In this document: piece after piece, positions 50,366-61,520 of the stretch | Position numbering within the stretch: position 1 is the first letter of the stretch | Layout of the letters: each line of letters begins with the position of its first letter | NCBI RefSeq assembly: GCF_041956535.1 | Contig: NW_027192194.1 | Coordinates: forward strand, 1,271,531 to 1,335,530 | Length of the DNA: 64,000 nucleotides | Reading direction: 5' to 3' | Source of the DNA: Calcarisporiella thermophila CBS 279.70 | Lineage: Eukaryota > Fungi > Calcarisporiellomycota | Notes under the pieces: model-generated | Seen by the model: only the letters and a program-made list of their open reading frames with translations | What the model was told of the DNA's origin: nothing | The model's database searches: none | Program-made: the position numbers and the translations under genes

Positions 50366-51017
50366 TCACCATTCTCAGCTGTTCGTTAGAATAGAAACAA
50401 GGATATCTTAATCTTATACGCGTGGAGCAGAGTGGCAGCAAACACACGATTCACAATAAGAAGCAATCACAAGAGTTCACTTGTATTAAAACTATCACTT
50501 GCTGCATCAGGCATTTAAACGTCTAATGCAGCGAATAATTGTGCTATATATTTAATTTTACAAAACTTGTTTTATGATTGATTTGCCACGCATTTTTAAT
50601 TTATATTTTCATTGCTCACCTGTAAGCTTGTATCTCTCCACAATAAAATAGACTTAGATTGCTAATTTCAGGTTAATTCATTTTGCCTAAATATACCACT
50701 AGTCTTCATACGCAAAAAAGCTGTTAAAATTGAAAGAGAGAGTTTTGATAAAGTTTGTGGGAGATAATGTAACCTAGGTTCATTAAACTCAAGTAATAGA
50801 GAGGAAAGTTTTAAAATTTCTACAATTTTTATGTGTGTCTATTTCGCTAAGGATCTTTATTGAGAAAATCCTTATGCCAATCCAAATCCCGTGAAAAAGT
50901 AAGGAAGAAAATATTGGGAACCATAGTAAAATGAAAAAAAAAAAGATAAAAGAAATATATACGGCGAAGAGTAATAAACACAAGCGAAAGTCCAGGGATT
51001 TTATTTTATTTTTTTGT

Positions 51018-52204
51018 TTATGCTGTTTCCGTTGGATGCAAATAGATACACCGATCTCCCCAAACGCAGTTTGGATAATATCTGTTGAAATGGCAAGTAA
51101 AATAATTAGATAGTGAATATTTAATGGTTTGAAAGGATGTGAATTGCTTACCTGCAAGGCTTCGATGGGTGAATAAACTTACAGTTTTTATTTGTACAGC
51201 GAGGGAAAAATCGGCATCGCTGCAGCTTGACTTTACTTTGTAGAGGGATAGATTGCGGCTTGGGTGGATCTTTGTTAGATATTGATCATATTAGATTAGT
51301 TGAAAAGGAAAGTCTCAAAGGCGTTACGCTTACCAGCTGTAGCAAATACTGGAACGAAAACAGGCGCGTTCACATTCAGTGGAGCACCTCTATACGCAGA
51401 TGAATCTGTATTGTATTCTATCACAGAGACCACATTATCAGTACTTCTTTCTTCATCCTCCTGAGTTTTAACTTCATCATCGTCTTCGGCGCTAGCTCCT
51501 TCACCGGTTTCTTCAGACGCCGTTTCTTCCTCAGACCCCTTAGAGAATTCTACATGTACTTCTGGGACTAGAGTTGGGGTTGAAGTTTGTTGATTCCCTG
51601 GTTCCTCTACATTTTCCCTTGACTTTTCAAACGTCTCTTCAGTTTCCATTATATTCTGCTTTGTTACAAACTCCCCCACTTTTTCTTCACTTGCTATTTC
51701 CACCAATTCATCTTTATCCTCGAAAGCAACCTCCTCAGTTTCCTCAGAAGCTGCTTTACCCTGGTCCTCAACCGCCACCTCTTCTAGTTCTTTCTCAACA
51801 GATTCTTTGGTTTTCTCTAATAAGCCCTCTTCATTCTCCGCCATTATCACGTCAGAGATTTTGGTACTATTGAGTTCCTTAGCTTCTTGGTTATCAGGGG
51901 TATTTTCACACACTATTGCCTCCGAGGTATGCTCTAAATCGGACTCCATTTCCTCCACTGCTCCTTTCTCCTTCACGTCGGAATTTTTAGTTAAATTTTC
52001 TGCTTCATTTACTGAACTATTCTCTTTATCTTTTTCGTTCAATCTCTCTTGCTTAGTTGACGATTCTTAACACGAAAAATTACTTAAAGCGTATAATAAA
52101 TAGAAAAAGATTTACTTACGAATTGATTTCAAATAAACTATGGCTACGAGCGCACCTACTGCTGCCACCACTGCTGCTGAGTACGGCTTTGACAACGTCA
52201 ACAT
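51018..52204 (-). CDS. N-terminal membrane anchor + acidic linker + PAM2 motif + two Nab2-type CCCH zinc fingers (4 exons)
   Basis: Exons 52120-52204, 51334-52065, 51152-51269 and 51018-51081 splice in frame: AAVVAAVGALVAIVYLK, LNVNAPVFVP, CRFFPRCTNKNCKFIH, CRYYPNCVWGDRCIYLH. Confidence 0.8.
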
Positions 52205-52574
52205 TTTGTGTTTGGACCCACTGAATAAAGAATTTTTAGGGATGATAAATGAATGAGAAAAAAATGTATAAAAAAGAAAGCTATATATGTTTTTTAAGAC
52301 TTATGGAGAGGGATGAGTATTAAAGATAGAATAGGAGAGGAATTACACTTCTATTGTACTCTAAATTCTGCCTTTTTCTTCACTTTTGCTTTACTAGAAC
52401 AACACAAAAGAATGAAAACAATTGCAGTTTATTGACTTCTTTCTCGAAACCAGCCAATAAAGACCCGAGTAAATATCCTACAATGTCATGATTATAGATA
52501 TGTATGACTGCGTAGATTTATTTACACTTACTATTGAAGCTCCCAGGATCTAGAGCCATCCTTTTCCATCAACT

Positions 52575-53342
52575 ATGTTATCTCGAAACATCTCGTCAAC
52601 ATATAATAACATCCGATTAGTATCAAGACCATTCCTGGTTTCTCGATCATTTTTCAATTCAACCCAATGCAATGCTGAATCGAATCGTGGTTTTATCGAT
52701 GCCCGTCGTGAATATAAAGAAAAGATGAGTGCTCTACGCACGAAGTATGCAAAGGAGGTCCATAAACAAAACGTGGAAAAGCAATTGATGCAGGAGTCGA
52801 AAAGAATCAAAGAACAAGAGCGTGCACAACAGTTGCGTCAGGAGCGGAAGAAGGAGTTGGAGCGAGAAATTATAGCGGAACAGCGTCTGCAAGATGAGCT
52901 GGAAAAGCGAGCCGAACTTGAAAATGTTATTGCACACCGTCACACCGCAAAGGCTGAAAAAATGGAAACGATCGATCAGCGTGCACAACTTCGCGCCGCT
53001 AATCGTCGATCTCGCTTGGAAAGACTCTCACAACATCGGCTCAATCAATTAATGAAATTATATCATAACACGGAGGAATTTGTAACACCATCTAATCTCG
53101 AAGAGAAGCTTGATGCATTTATGCGAAGCCCTCGAGTGCCATTCAGAGAAACACTGGATGATATGATTTCGCAACAACAAGGAGCAGCGCAGCGAGACAA
53201 ACTTGTCCGAAGCAGAATGGAGCAGTTGAGAGAAGTGCTGGACGGAACCGTTATGGGCGGAAAGCTTGGAGTGGATGGAATAATAGACTGGCAAGTGAAG
53301 GAGGATGAAAAAGAAAGCTCAAAGAGGGCCGATAACCACTAG
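52575..53342 (+). CDS. Mitochondrial coiled-coil protein, probable ribosomal protein mS26
   Basis: Arg/Ser-rich presequence, long charged helix, and LYHNTEEFVTPSNLEEKLD resembling the mS26 conserved motif. Confidence 0.55.
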   Translation: MLSRNISSTYNNIRLVSRPFLVSRSFFNSTQCNAESNRGFIDARREYKEKMSALRTKYAKEVHKQNVEKQLMQESKRIKEQERAQQLRQERKKELEREIIAEQRLQDELEKRAELENVIAHRHTAKAEKMETIDQRAQLRAANRRSRLERLSQHRLNQLMKLYHNTEEFVTPSNLEEKLDAFMRSPRVPFRETLDDMISQQQGAAQRDKLVRSRMEQLREVLDGTVMGGKLGVDGIIDWQVKEDEKESSKRADNH

Positions 53343-53654
53343 GACAATAATAGGAATACCGATTGTAAAAAATAAACCATTTCATTTTATATTACTTCTT
53401 ACTTTGCTGATCAAGTTTGAGTTTTATATGATAAAAATATTAAAAGCCTAAGCTGTCCAGAAATACACTATGTTTCTTGTAACATTTTCCGAGCATCAGT
53501 AGCTATATAGTAATATAGGATGCTAATCCATTTACTGTATATTTGTATATGATAACGTATGATTGTAAATTCTACATACTAGATAATATATAATAATACA
53601 CAGCTATTGATAATGTGTTGAAATAATGGAAATGCATAAGTATGTTGAACTCAT

Positions 53655-54497
53655 CTATTCACTAGCCTTTGCCTCAGCTTTGGGTTTCGCTTCAGCAGCT
53701 TTGGCACTTGTAGTAGCGGTTTTAGGCTTTGCAGCCTTTGCCTTCGACTTAGTCTTTGGCTTGACACCCTTAGCTTTCGCTTTCTTTGCCCCGGCGAGTT
53801 GAGCGGCCCCGACTGCCTTTTCGGATTTTGCGCCAGCGCTACCGGCAGGTGCGGTCTTCTCCTCAACCATCTTGACGGCATCCTTTCCAAAGTCGAAAGC
53901 CATTTGGATAATTTGGCCAATTCCATCACCGAGTCTAGTGCCCACTTCAGTTGCCTGGGCGTCGCTCACATTGCCCTGCTCCTTTGCAACCTTCTTGGCA
54001 ACCTCCACACCTAATTTACGCGCATCTTCTATACTGCTTGTGGGAGTCAAAAGGGATTGGGCGTCTTTCGCGTTGCCTTTCAAGGTAGTTTCAGCGGTCT
54101 TTCCCAGGTTTCCTCCTGCTTTATTGCCCAAATCTTTCCCAATTTCGCTGCCGACTTTCTGCCCATACTCTTCGCTTACACCAACTGCCTTTGCAACCAA
54201 TTTACCAAACATACCTCCTCCGTTAGAGCCAATTAGGGATCCAACCGTGGGGCCGAGTTGGCCAACAAGATCTAAGATGCCATTGTCTCCGCCCCCATTT
54301 TTATTATTGGAACCCGTCGCGGCATTCAGGAGACCTTGCAAACCTTGTCTTTTCTCAAGTTCATGAACTTCCGAGATTCCGACTGCCTGGTTAATGTCCA
54401 CCGCGCTCACTCCTTTACTGGTTGGAACTGCGCTCACTCCAGATACGAGATAAAGACTTCCCACGATAGCAAAACAATAAGGAATGACTTTGACCAT
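53655..54497 (-). CDS. Secreted Gly/Ala/Lys-rich protein with Kex2-like site and cationic tail
   Basis: Signal peptide ending VSA|VP; ELEKR|Q; Gly-rich amphipathic segments; K/A/P-rich C-terminus; TATAAAA ~90 nt upstream. Confidence 0.75.
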   Translation of the reverse strand: MVKVIPYCFAIVGSLYLVSGVSAVPTSKGVSAVDINQAVGISEVHELEKRQGLQGLLNAATGSNNKNGGGDNGILDLVGQLGPTVGSLIGSNGGGMFGKLVAKAVGVSEEYGQKVGSEIGKDLGNKAGGNLGKTAETTLKGNAKDAQSLLTPTSSIEDARKLGVEVAKKVAKEQGNVSDAQATEVGTRLGDGIGQIIQMAFDFGKDAVKMVEEKTAPAGSAGAKSEKAVGAAQLAGAKKAKAKGVKPKTKSKAKAAKPKTATTSAKAAEAKPKAEAKASE

Positions 54498-56529
54498 ATT
54501 GAAGACAAATATAAGTTGAGATATACAAAAAGAATTTGAAATATGCTGATGTTGGAGAAAGACATCGAGAGAAAACAGGGCTTCTTTTATATTATCTAAA
54601 GTATAAAACTTCTATTCCAAATTAAGGAACTTTTCGGATAGGATTTTTCGGCCCCTGCGTTTGTTGCGTAGAAAAAGCTCAGGGTATCCCTCAACTCAGG
54701 TTTAACGAAGCTGTTTAAAATCCAAGAGTGCGAGGTGAAAACGATCACATTGTGGGAAGCAGAATAAGCTCGAATCTTATTAATAACATATTTTAAGTAT
54801 TTTTGTATTAAATATTGACATCTAAGGTAAACAAGTTTCCAGGCTTTTGGTACTTGAAGTGTCAGTAAAGAGAAACTCTTCTGAATGTTTCATTAACTTA
54901 TAGTATAACTAAGTGGTAATATGAACAGAGAATGCATTAGTTAGTTCACTTAAACCTGTCAGTTTGTAAAACTATATGGCGAACTTAGGAAATGAGGGAA
55001 AAAAATTTATTTCATTAATACAATATAATAGTCAGGATTTTGTTCACTATTCTTTTGATATGTGGAGACCAAATCTATAGTGATTAAGCATGGGTCATCT
55101 TATGTGCAAATTTAGTTAAATTCTTTTGCACCCTTTCCTATTTTACATGATCATAGACAGTGATAGCGCACGGTCCACCTTTTGATCCATGAAAATCCGA
55201 GAAATTTGGTAATTTGCGGATACGCGATTGCACGTTCAGATTCATAAATTAGTATCCCTAATAGCTTAGGTTAACACAAAAAACTTAGAGACCCATTATG
55301 AAATTATAATTCAAAAGGAGGAATGCACCCGATAGTTTATTCATCGCTTCATATAGAAAATGACGGTTGAACTCATTGATATGCGATTCATTCCGCTTGA
55401 ACCCGCTGTCGGAATACAACTTGAGTTGAATACTACTTCCATATCTCTAGGACTCTTGCCAAACTTTTACTATTTTATATGGTCAAAATAGCAAATACCC
55501 TATGCTAAGAGTCAGCTAATCCTGAACAAAAATTACAGTGCAACCCCACTTTATGCGCACTATAAAACATGAACTTCTCTCGTCAAAATGTTTTGTCAGG
55601 GTCTCATTGGGGGAATATTGAGCTTTAGTATACCGATATTTTTAATACCATTTGAAAAAAAGTTGGCCTTTCTATTTTAGCAGGTAGGACTGGTGGGATA
55701 AATACGATAAGTGTCTAAATGCAAGACAAGTAAAATAACGCGCATAGTGATTCTAAGGGATATATTCGTCTTTTTAGCAGGTTCAAACGCATATGCGACT
55801 CGGAACATGACATCTCCTCGCAAAGCCTACTAAAAAAAGCAAATTCAAATCCTGTATATAATACAAGCGAGCCCTTAATAGTGCTAGTGATATAAAGTGT
55901 ATCGTCCCTACCGACTCATCCAGTAGTTAGAGGGACCAATAGATCAACTTCATATTTATTCATCTTTGTGATATTTTTCAGTACTCCTTCTAAAGACTAT
56001 ACGAGAAATTTGGTCAAATTTTCTGGATTTCACCTACTCTGAAGTTAATCAAGTACAATACAAGGAGTGGTATTTTTAGGAGCGAGGAAAGTTCAAGAAT
56101 ATTTCAAAATATTTGTGGATTACTATGCCTAACTATAAAACAATCCATGGGAGAGGGTGGTAGGAGGGTGGCTGAGTTATTTTTAGGGTCACAGAAGAGC
56201 TTTCAAGTTTGTTTTGGCACGTGTGGGTCTCCAAGCCAAAAATGGTGACTATTAAATTACTTGTATTTTTGAATGTAAAGTATATAGTCCAAAAAACAGG
56301 TCCTATGCATCCAAAACTCTTGTCAATTGAATGCATATATCTACCTAAGATTTCTGAAACACCATAAATCGGTGGCTTTAGGCACATGTGCTAATCATCC
56401 TCTAATGCAGTAAATTAACAGGGGGCTTTGCAGGTTTCTAAATGGTTGGCTGGAAAACAACTTTCGATGCATAATATGTTACTACGTCGTATGTTATTTA
56501 TATCCTAGTTAGAATTTCTATATTCTTGC

Positions 56530-56537
56530 TATAAATA
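56530..56537 (+). promoter_or_regulatory. Putative TATA box of the amine-oxidase-fold gene
   Basis: TATAAATA 57 nt before the ATG at 56595. AT-rich context lowers specificity. Confidence 0.45.
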
Positions 56538-56594
56538 AAGTCCATCCACAATATTTAAAAATTTAGCACTTTTTAGCAGACTCTTAAAGACAAT

Positions 56595-58232
56595 ATGAAA
56601 ATCAACCTAGTCTTGTCATTGTTGCTCTTAATCTGGATATCTTGCGTGTTGGCACACAAGGGAAATACTGAGAAGAAACTGAAGATATATTTCGATGATA
56701 TCAAGGGACCAACACAAGAACAATTGGACAACATTGCAATAAAGGCGTTTAAAGATCGTAGGGTGAAGAAGTATCTTAAAAATAACCGCTATAGGCTTCT
56801 CTCCGTCGAAATTGTTAATGAAGAAAATGAAGAAAAGGGTGAAGAATATATTCCAAGCGAGTATTTAGCTACTGTCTACGATTACACAAACAATCGTGCC
56901 ATCTTAATAAGAGGTTCAATTAGAAATGGCAAAGTTAACTTGGTGGAAGAATCAGGATTACAACCTCATCCAAACAATGAAGAATTTGAAGAAGCGGTGG
57001 AAATATTGAGAGAGAACGGGAATTTTTCATATCCACTTCAGCATAATCTTACGAACGTGTTTTTGGATATCGTGCCAACTATCATAGGCGAATTTCCTGA
57101 TGGTCGAACGGAAAGAATCTTAGCAATGCACCTTCACTCAGAAAATCCAGAATATCCTAATGAAACTGTGGGCGTGAACATGAGCCGCAGGACCGTAGTA
57201 AGATATGGGCTGGATCATCCTCATGGATCTTGTGGAATAGCTCCAGGAATGGATAGAGGAAGTAAGGAAGGGTTGATCGGGTCAAAGCGGATTCGAGTTG
57301 TGAGAGGAAATACCAAACTATGGGAGTTCGAGGTAATTAGGCCTTCCTCTTCATCGGGTACAAAAACAAAGAGATCTGGAGTCGAGTTAAGAGGAGTGCG
57401 ATACAAAGGAAAAAAAGTCTTGTATCGAGCTCATGTGCCAATACTAAATGTCAAATACGAAAATACTTCAATCTGTGGGCCTTATCGGGACTGGCAATGG
57501 GAAGAGTCAACATTCGAAGCTTATGGAGTGGATATTGGCAGAGGAATACGCTTTTGTAGTCAACCTCCGAGAACTATTCTGGAATCCAAAAGTGACACAG
57601 GAAATTTCCGTGGAGTCGCAATATATGTTGTAGGACAACAAATTGTATTAGTTAGTCAGTTAAAAGCGGGATGGTACCGTTATATAAGTGAATGGAGACT
57701 GCACGCGAATGGAACCATCCAACCTCGGTTCGGATTTACAGCAATAAACAATCATTGCGTGTGCAACAAACATACTCATCACGTTTATTGGAGACTCGAT
57801 TTCGATATCCGTACAGCAGGAAACAACATTGTGAGAGAGTATAATGATCCGCCCATTTTTTCCAGTAAATACCACACGAAATCATATGAAATCAACAGAC
57901 TAAAAAGCGTATCCCATCGCAGGCATTGGGAGATCAGAAATGCGGCAGGCGGAGACTCGTACGCGCTGATTCCAGGATCACAAGATGGCATGGCGGATAA
58001 CGAATTTGGATATGGGGATCTATGGGTACTAAAATATCACAAAAATGAACTGGACGACGGGAGAACACTAATACAGGGGGAGGATGCAAAGGCGGATTTG
58101 AAACGATTCGTTAATGGAGAGTCAGTGTACAAGAAAGACGTAGTATTGTGGTACGCTGCGCATTTTAGTCACGTGATACATCATGAATTAGGTAGAGTAG
58201 TTGGACCCGACTTAACCCCCATCAAATGGTGA
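56595..58232 (+). CDS. Secreted copper amine oxidase-fold protein with variant cofactor motif (GWYRY), intronless
   Basis: Signal peptide; AGWYRYISEWRLHANGTI, HTHHVYWRLDFDI..GNN and DVVLWYAAHFSH align with the CAO catalytic-domain motifs. Confidence 0.78.
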   Translation: MKINLVLSLLLLIWISCVLAHKGNTEKKLKIYFDDIKGPTQEQLDNIAIKAFKDRRVKKYLKNNRYRLLSVEIVNEENEEKGEEYIPSEYLATVYDYTNNRAILIRGSIRNGKVNLVEESGLQPHPNNEEFEEAVEILRENGNFSYPLQHNLTNVFLDIVPTIIGEFPDGRTERILAMHLHSENPEYPNETVGVNMSRRTVVRYGLDHPHGSCGIAPGMDRGSKEGLIGSKRIRVVRGNTKLWEFEVIRPSSSSGTKTKRSGVELRGVRYKGKKVLYRAHVPILNVKYENTSICGPYRDWQWEESTFEAYGVDIGRGIRFCSQPPRTILESKSDTGNFRGVAIYVVGQQIVLVSQLKAGWYRYISEWRLHANGTIQPRFGFTAINNHCVCNKHTHHVYWRLDFDIRTAGNNIVREYNDPPIFSSKYHTKSYEINRLKSVSHRRHWEIRNAAGGDSYALIPGSQDGMADNEFGYGDLWVLKYHKNELDDGRTLIQGEDAKADLKRFVNGESVYKKDVVLWYAAHFSHVIHHELGRVVGPDLTPIKW

Positions 58233-59550
58233 ACTATTCCTTCACTAGCATCAGAATATTAAATCAGAGTAAATTTTATTCTTACCATTAATTTATTATT
58301 ACGAATAAGTAAAATATAGTAGTAGTATCTTATAGTGCTATGCAAAAGGTTATTATGTTTGCTAAGCGAATAGTTTTAATAAAAAAATAAATACATGTGA
58401 TTTAAATAATGGGTTTCAATCATGGGTAAAATTTCCTTAGAGGAAAGGGCAAAAATAAACGCAAAGTGTAGACGAAAGAATTGGGCAAACATTCGAAAGC
58501 TTAAAGATTTTCGTGTATTAATATTTTTGCATTCGTTTAATTTATGTTAGGATATAATCATATTTACCACTATTATTCCAACCATCCTAAAGCTATCATC
58601 ATTTTCAATCTATATGTCTTCATTCACATATGCTATGACATTAGTGCATTTAATTTTCATATTTGATATGTATATTATATAGTTAAATTAAAAGAACAAT
58701 TAAAATATCACGATTTAATATGATAATCCACTCCTATCCTTAGAATGAGACGAATTGGAATGGACCTTCCCAATATATACTGCAGGGATCAATTTTGAAA
58801 ATCACCCTTACAATAAATGCTTTAATAGCTAATAGAAATATTTCACATCGTATACTGATCAAATGGAGCTTAAATTCAAAAGCTTGTTTTTTATACTATT
58901 CCGCAATTCAGCATGGTGAGGCATACAGCTATAAAAGGCTGTAACAAGTATATACATGTATTGCCCATACCATCGCGAGATTTGCATTAACCAGCGTGGT
59001 ACTGGATTATGGATTTGCGATGATACAGAAAACTCATGTTTTGGTGGTATAACCAAAGTCAATGTATTTAAATTGTCGGGTTGTACTTGAGCTTTTAATA
59101 AGATATAAAGTGAAGGTGATCTCAGTAATCATAAATTATTTATTTTAAAAAAGGTTGATACAATATTAGTTTTCTTGAATAATAGTACAATATATTGTAA
59201 TATTATCTATATCTATTATAGCAGTAAACTTATCAGAGTTTATGCGTTACAAAGATATTCTACAAATCAGATTTAGTTAAACTGTAATTTAGGTTACAGT
59301 AGTTGACAATTACAAAATGAAACTTCATAAATCTCAATCACATTGTCAAGTCACTTTTAAGTTTATACCAACAATAGTGTATATTCCTTTCAATCTTAAG
59401 TTCGCAAACGTTTAAAAATTTGCATAAAAAGTGTCATTTGAAGCATATAAGTCATATCTAAATATTCGAGAGCAAATCTATATTTTATTAACAATATTTT
59501 TGGTAGAATTTATAAATAAAAGTAACGCACATTTTCAGATCCTATTGATT

Positions 59551-59811
59551 TTACACGCAATCATAATGAGGGACACCCAACTCACGGCAGCATACTGGGA
59601 ACCAGCCATTCAAGGAATTGTCATTCTTCACGCAATATCCCTTATAATCCGAATAAACTCCTTTTTTAATCTCACAGCAGCGTTTAGTTTGGGAATCAGC
59701 CCGACTATCGTTCTTCCACTGACAGCGACAGACCGAGCTGGCATAGACTTGCCCAAATAGCGCGATTAAGGCAAAAAGAAGGGCGAAAGAAACAGCAATC
59801 TTGGAATTCAT
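59551..59811 (-). CDS. Small secreted cysteine-rich protein (8 Cys: CxC..CC..C..CC..C)
   Basis: Clear signal peptide MNSKIAVSFALLFALIALFGQVYA; ~62-aa mature peptide with an even Cys number. Confidence 0.78.
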   Translation of the reverse strand: MNSKIAVSFALLFALIALFGQVYASSVCRCQWKNDSRADSQTKRCCEIKKGVYSDYKGYCVKNDNSLNGWFPVCCRELGVPHYDCV

Positions 59812-61436
59812 ATTGCAATTAATAAAATTAATGTTTTAGCTAGTGATAATGCAAGAGACATTTGCATTTGAGCGGTTCATTTAAATATTGATTGTCATCG
59901 GATTTTTGTGATATATCTGACTCATAAGTTGTGGATAAAAAAGAATTCTTTAGAGATTGAGGGAACGTGAAAGTTAGCAAAAAATCTCCTGATTTCGAAA
60001 ATGATCCCGCCACGCAATCCAGCCACAACCTTCCTTTATAGAGGGCTAAAAGATAACTGGCCAGCCTTCAAGGTTTACATCGTAATTTTCAACTCAGTTT
60101 TCCCACACAAAAATACTTTTATATTCATTCACTATTTGGGCAACTTAATCGAAATATCCGGGATTTTGGAATATCTAAATTAGTTTAATCTCCAATTTAC
60201 ATTGTTACATATTAATCTCGTTTCGTTATATTTCTACAATAGAATTAGATTAGGAAGAAATCTGATGGAAGAGCTTTTACTTTGTTTCTAGTTAGAATTG
60301 CCATCTCTTCCTTGGTTTTCTTTATTTCATTTAATATAAAATAAGGATCATATCTATTTCATGTCGCAAATGTTTCCTCGAATATTTATATTATTTTCAT
60401 ATATATTCTACTATGTATGATGTATAATATTTGTGTAATGAAAGAATATCTCTAATTGATGGTACTAAATTTGATTTCAATTGTAAAGAAAGGAACAATA
60501 TTCAAAACATTTTGATGTCTAAAACAATATACATCATCTAATATTTTCTGACTATTCAGTTCTAAAAATATATACCACTATCTTGTAGCTTCAAATTTTA
60601 CCAAATTAGAGTTTTCCACTTCGATTTCTTTTCTATTTATTCGACCGCTTATTTTTTTAACCAAACTTTTCTCACTTAATCATCTCACTTATCGGGGACT
60701 AAACTATTAGAATATTATGAAGCCCTACATTGCGCCGCTATTTGGTTGTTAAAATTTGTTCAATTGTGGCTTTACCATTGTAATCAACTGTTTCTAATAA
60801 TTATAAACTGTTCATTTTATTATCAAAAATGTGTATTGAAAACATTCTTCATATTGGTAGCGCAACAATACAAAGTGTGATTGATTTCCTAGATACAGAT
60901 ATCTATAGATAGGCTTCATCACATTAGCCAGAGTATTATAATAACATCGTTTATCGTTTTACCGTTTTTTTCAATTATATAATTTACTAAATTTATTCTC
61001 CATCTGCTGTCTGTACATGAACTTAAATAATTGGGGGTACGAATGAATCCCATCGTCAAAATCGAACCCAAAGTTTTCATTAAAAATTTAATGAACTTTG
61101 AACTACCTGTTTTCTATAACTAAAATGGTATATTGCGTGGTGAGTCATTCAGCCAACTGTTGAGAAAAGCAGTATGGTATGTTAATGTGTATACAGTATT
61201 AGGTATACATAATCATCTTAAGTAATCAATGGCGATGCTTTAGATATTATCATATTAAACTTAGCCAATGAACCTGATTTAAATATTAAATATGACTTCA
61301 TATTATGATAAATAAAATTATAAAAACGGGTGTGACAGTATCTTTTTGGTATTAACATTGAGCTAAGCCTGAAATCACTGTATCTCAATTGAGGAGCTGA
61401 TTTGCTTAACTTTCAATCCGATTCCCAACATCTGAA

Positions 61437-61444
61437 TATAAATA
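61437..61444 (+). promoter_or_regulatory. Putative TATA box of the M15 peptidase gene
   Basis: TATAAATA ~76 nt before the ATG at 61521. Confidence 0.45.
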
Positions 61445-61520
61445 GAAGTTATTTACTTTGAAACCATTATAGAAACCGCAATTATTCTTTGTCCACAGGC
61501 TTAGTCATTCTTCGTTATAA

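Noticed and set aside
54600-56500. Short ORFs and possible TE debris in AT-rich spacer
   Set aside because: No identifiable motifs, terminal repeats or signal peptides.
20047-58232. A copper/amine gene cluster (MHYT, P5B ATPase, copper-fist factor, CAO-fold protein)
   Set aside because: Genes are spread over ~38 kb among unrelated housekeeping genes, with no evidence of shared regulation from sequence alone.
59551-59811. Hydrophobin assignment
   Set aside because: Cys order (CxC..CC..C..CC..C) and hydrophilic composition do not fit the hydrophobin pattern.
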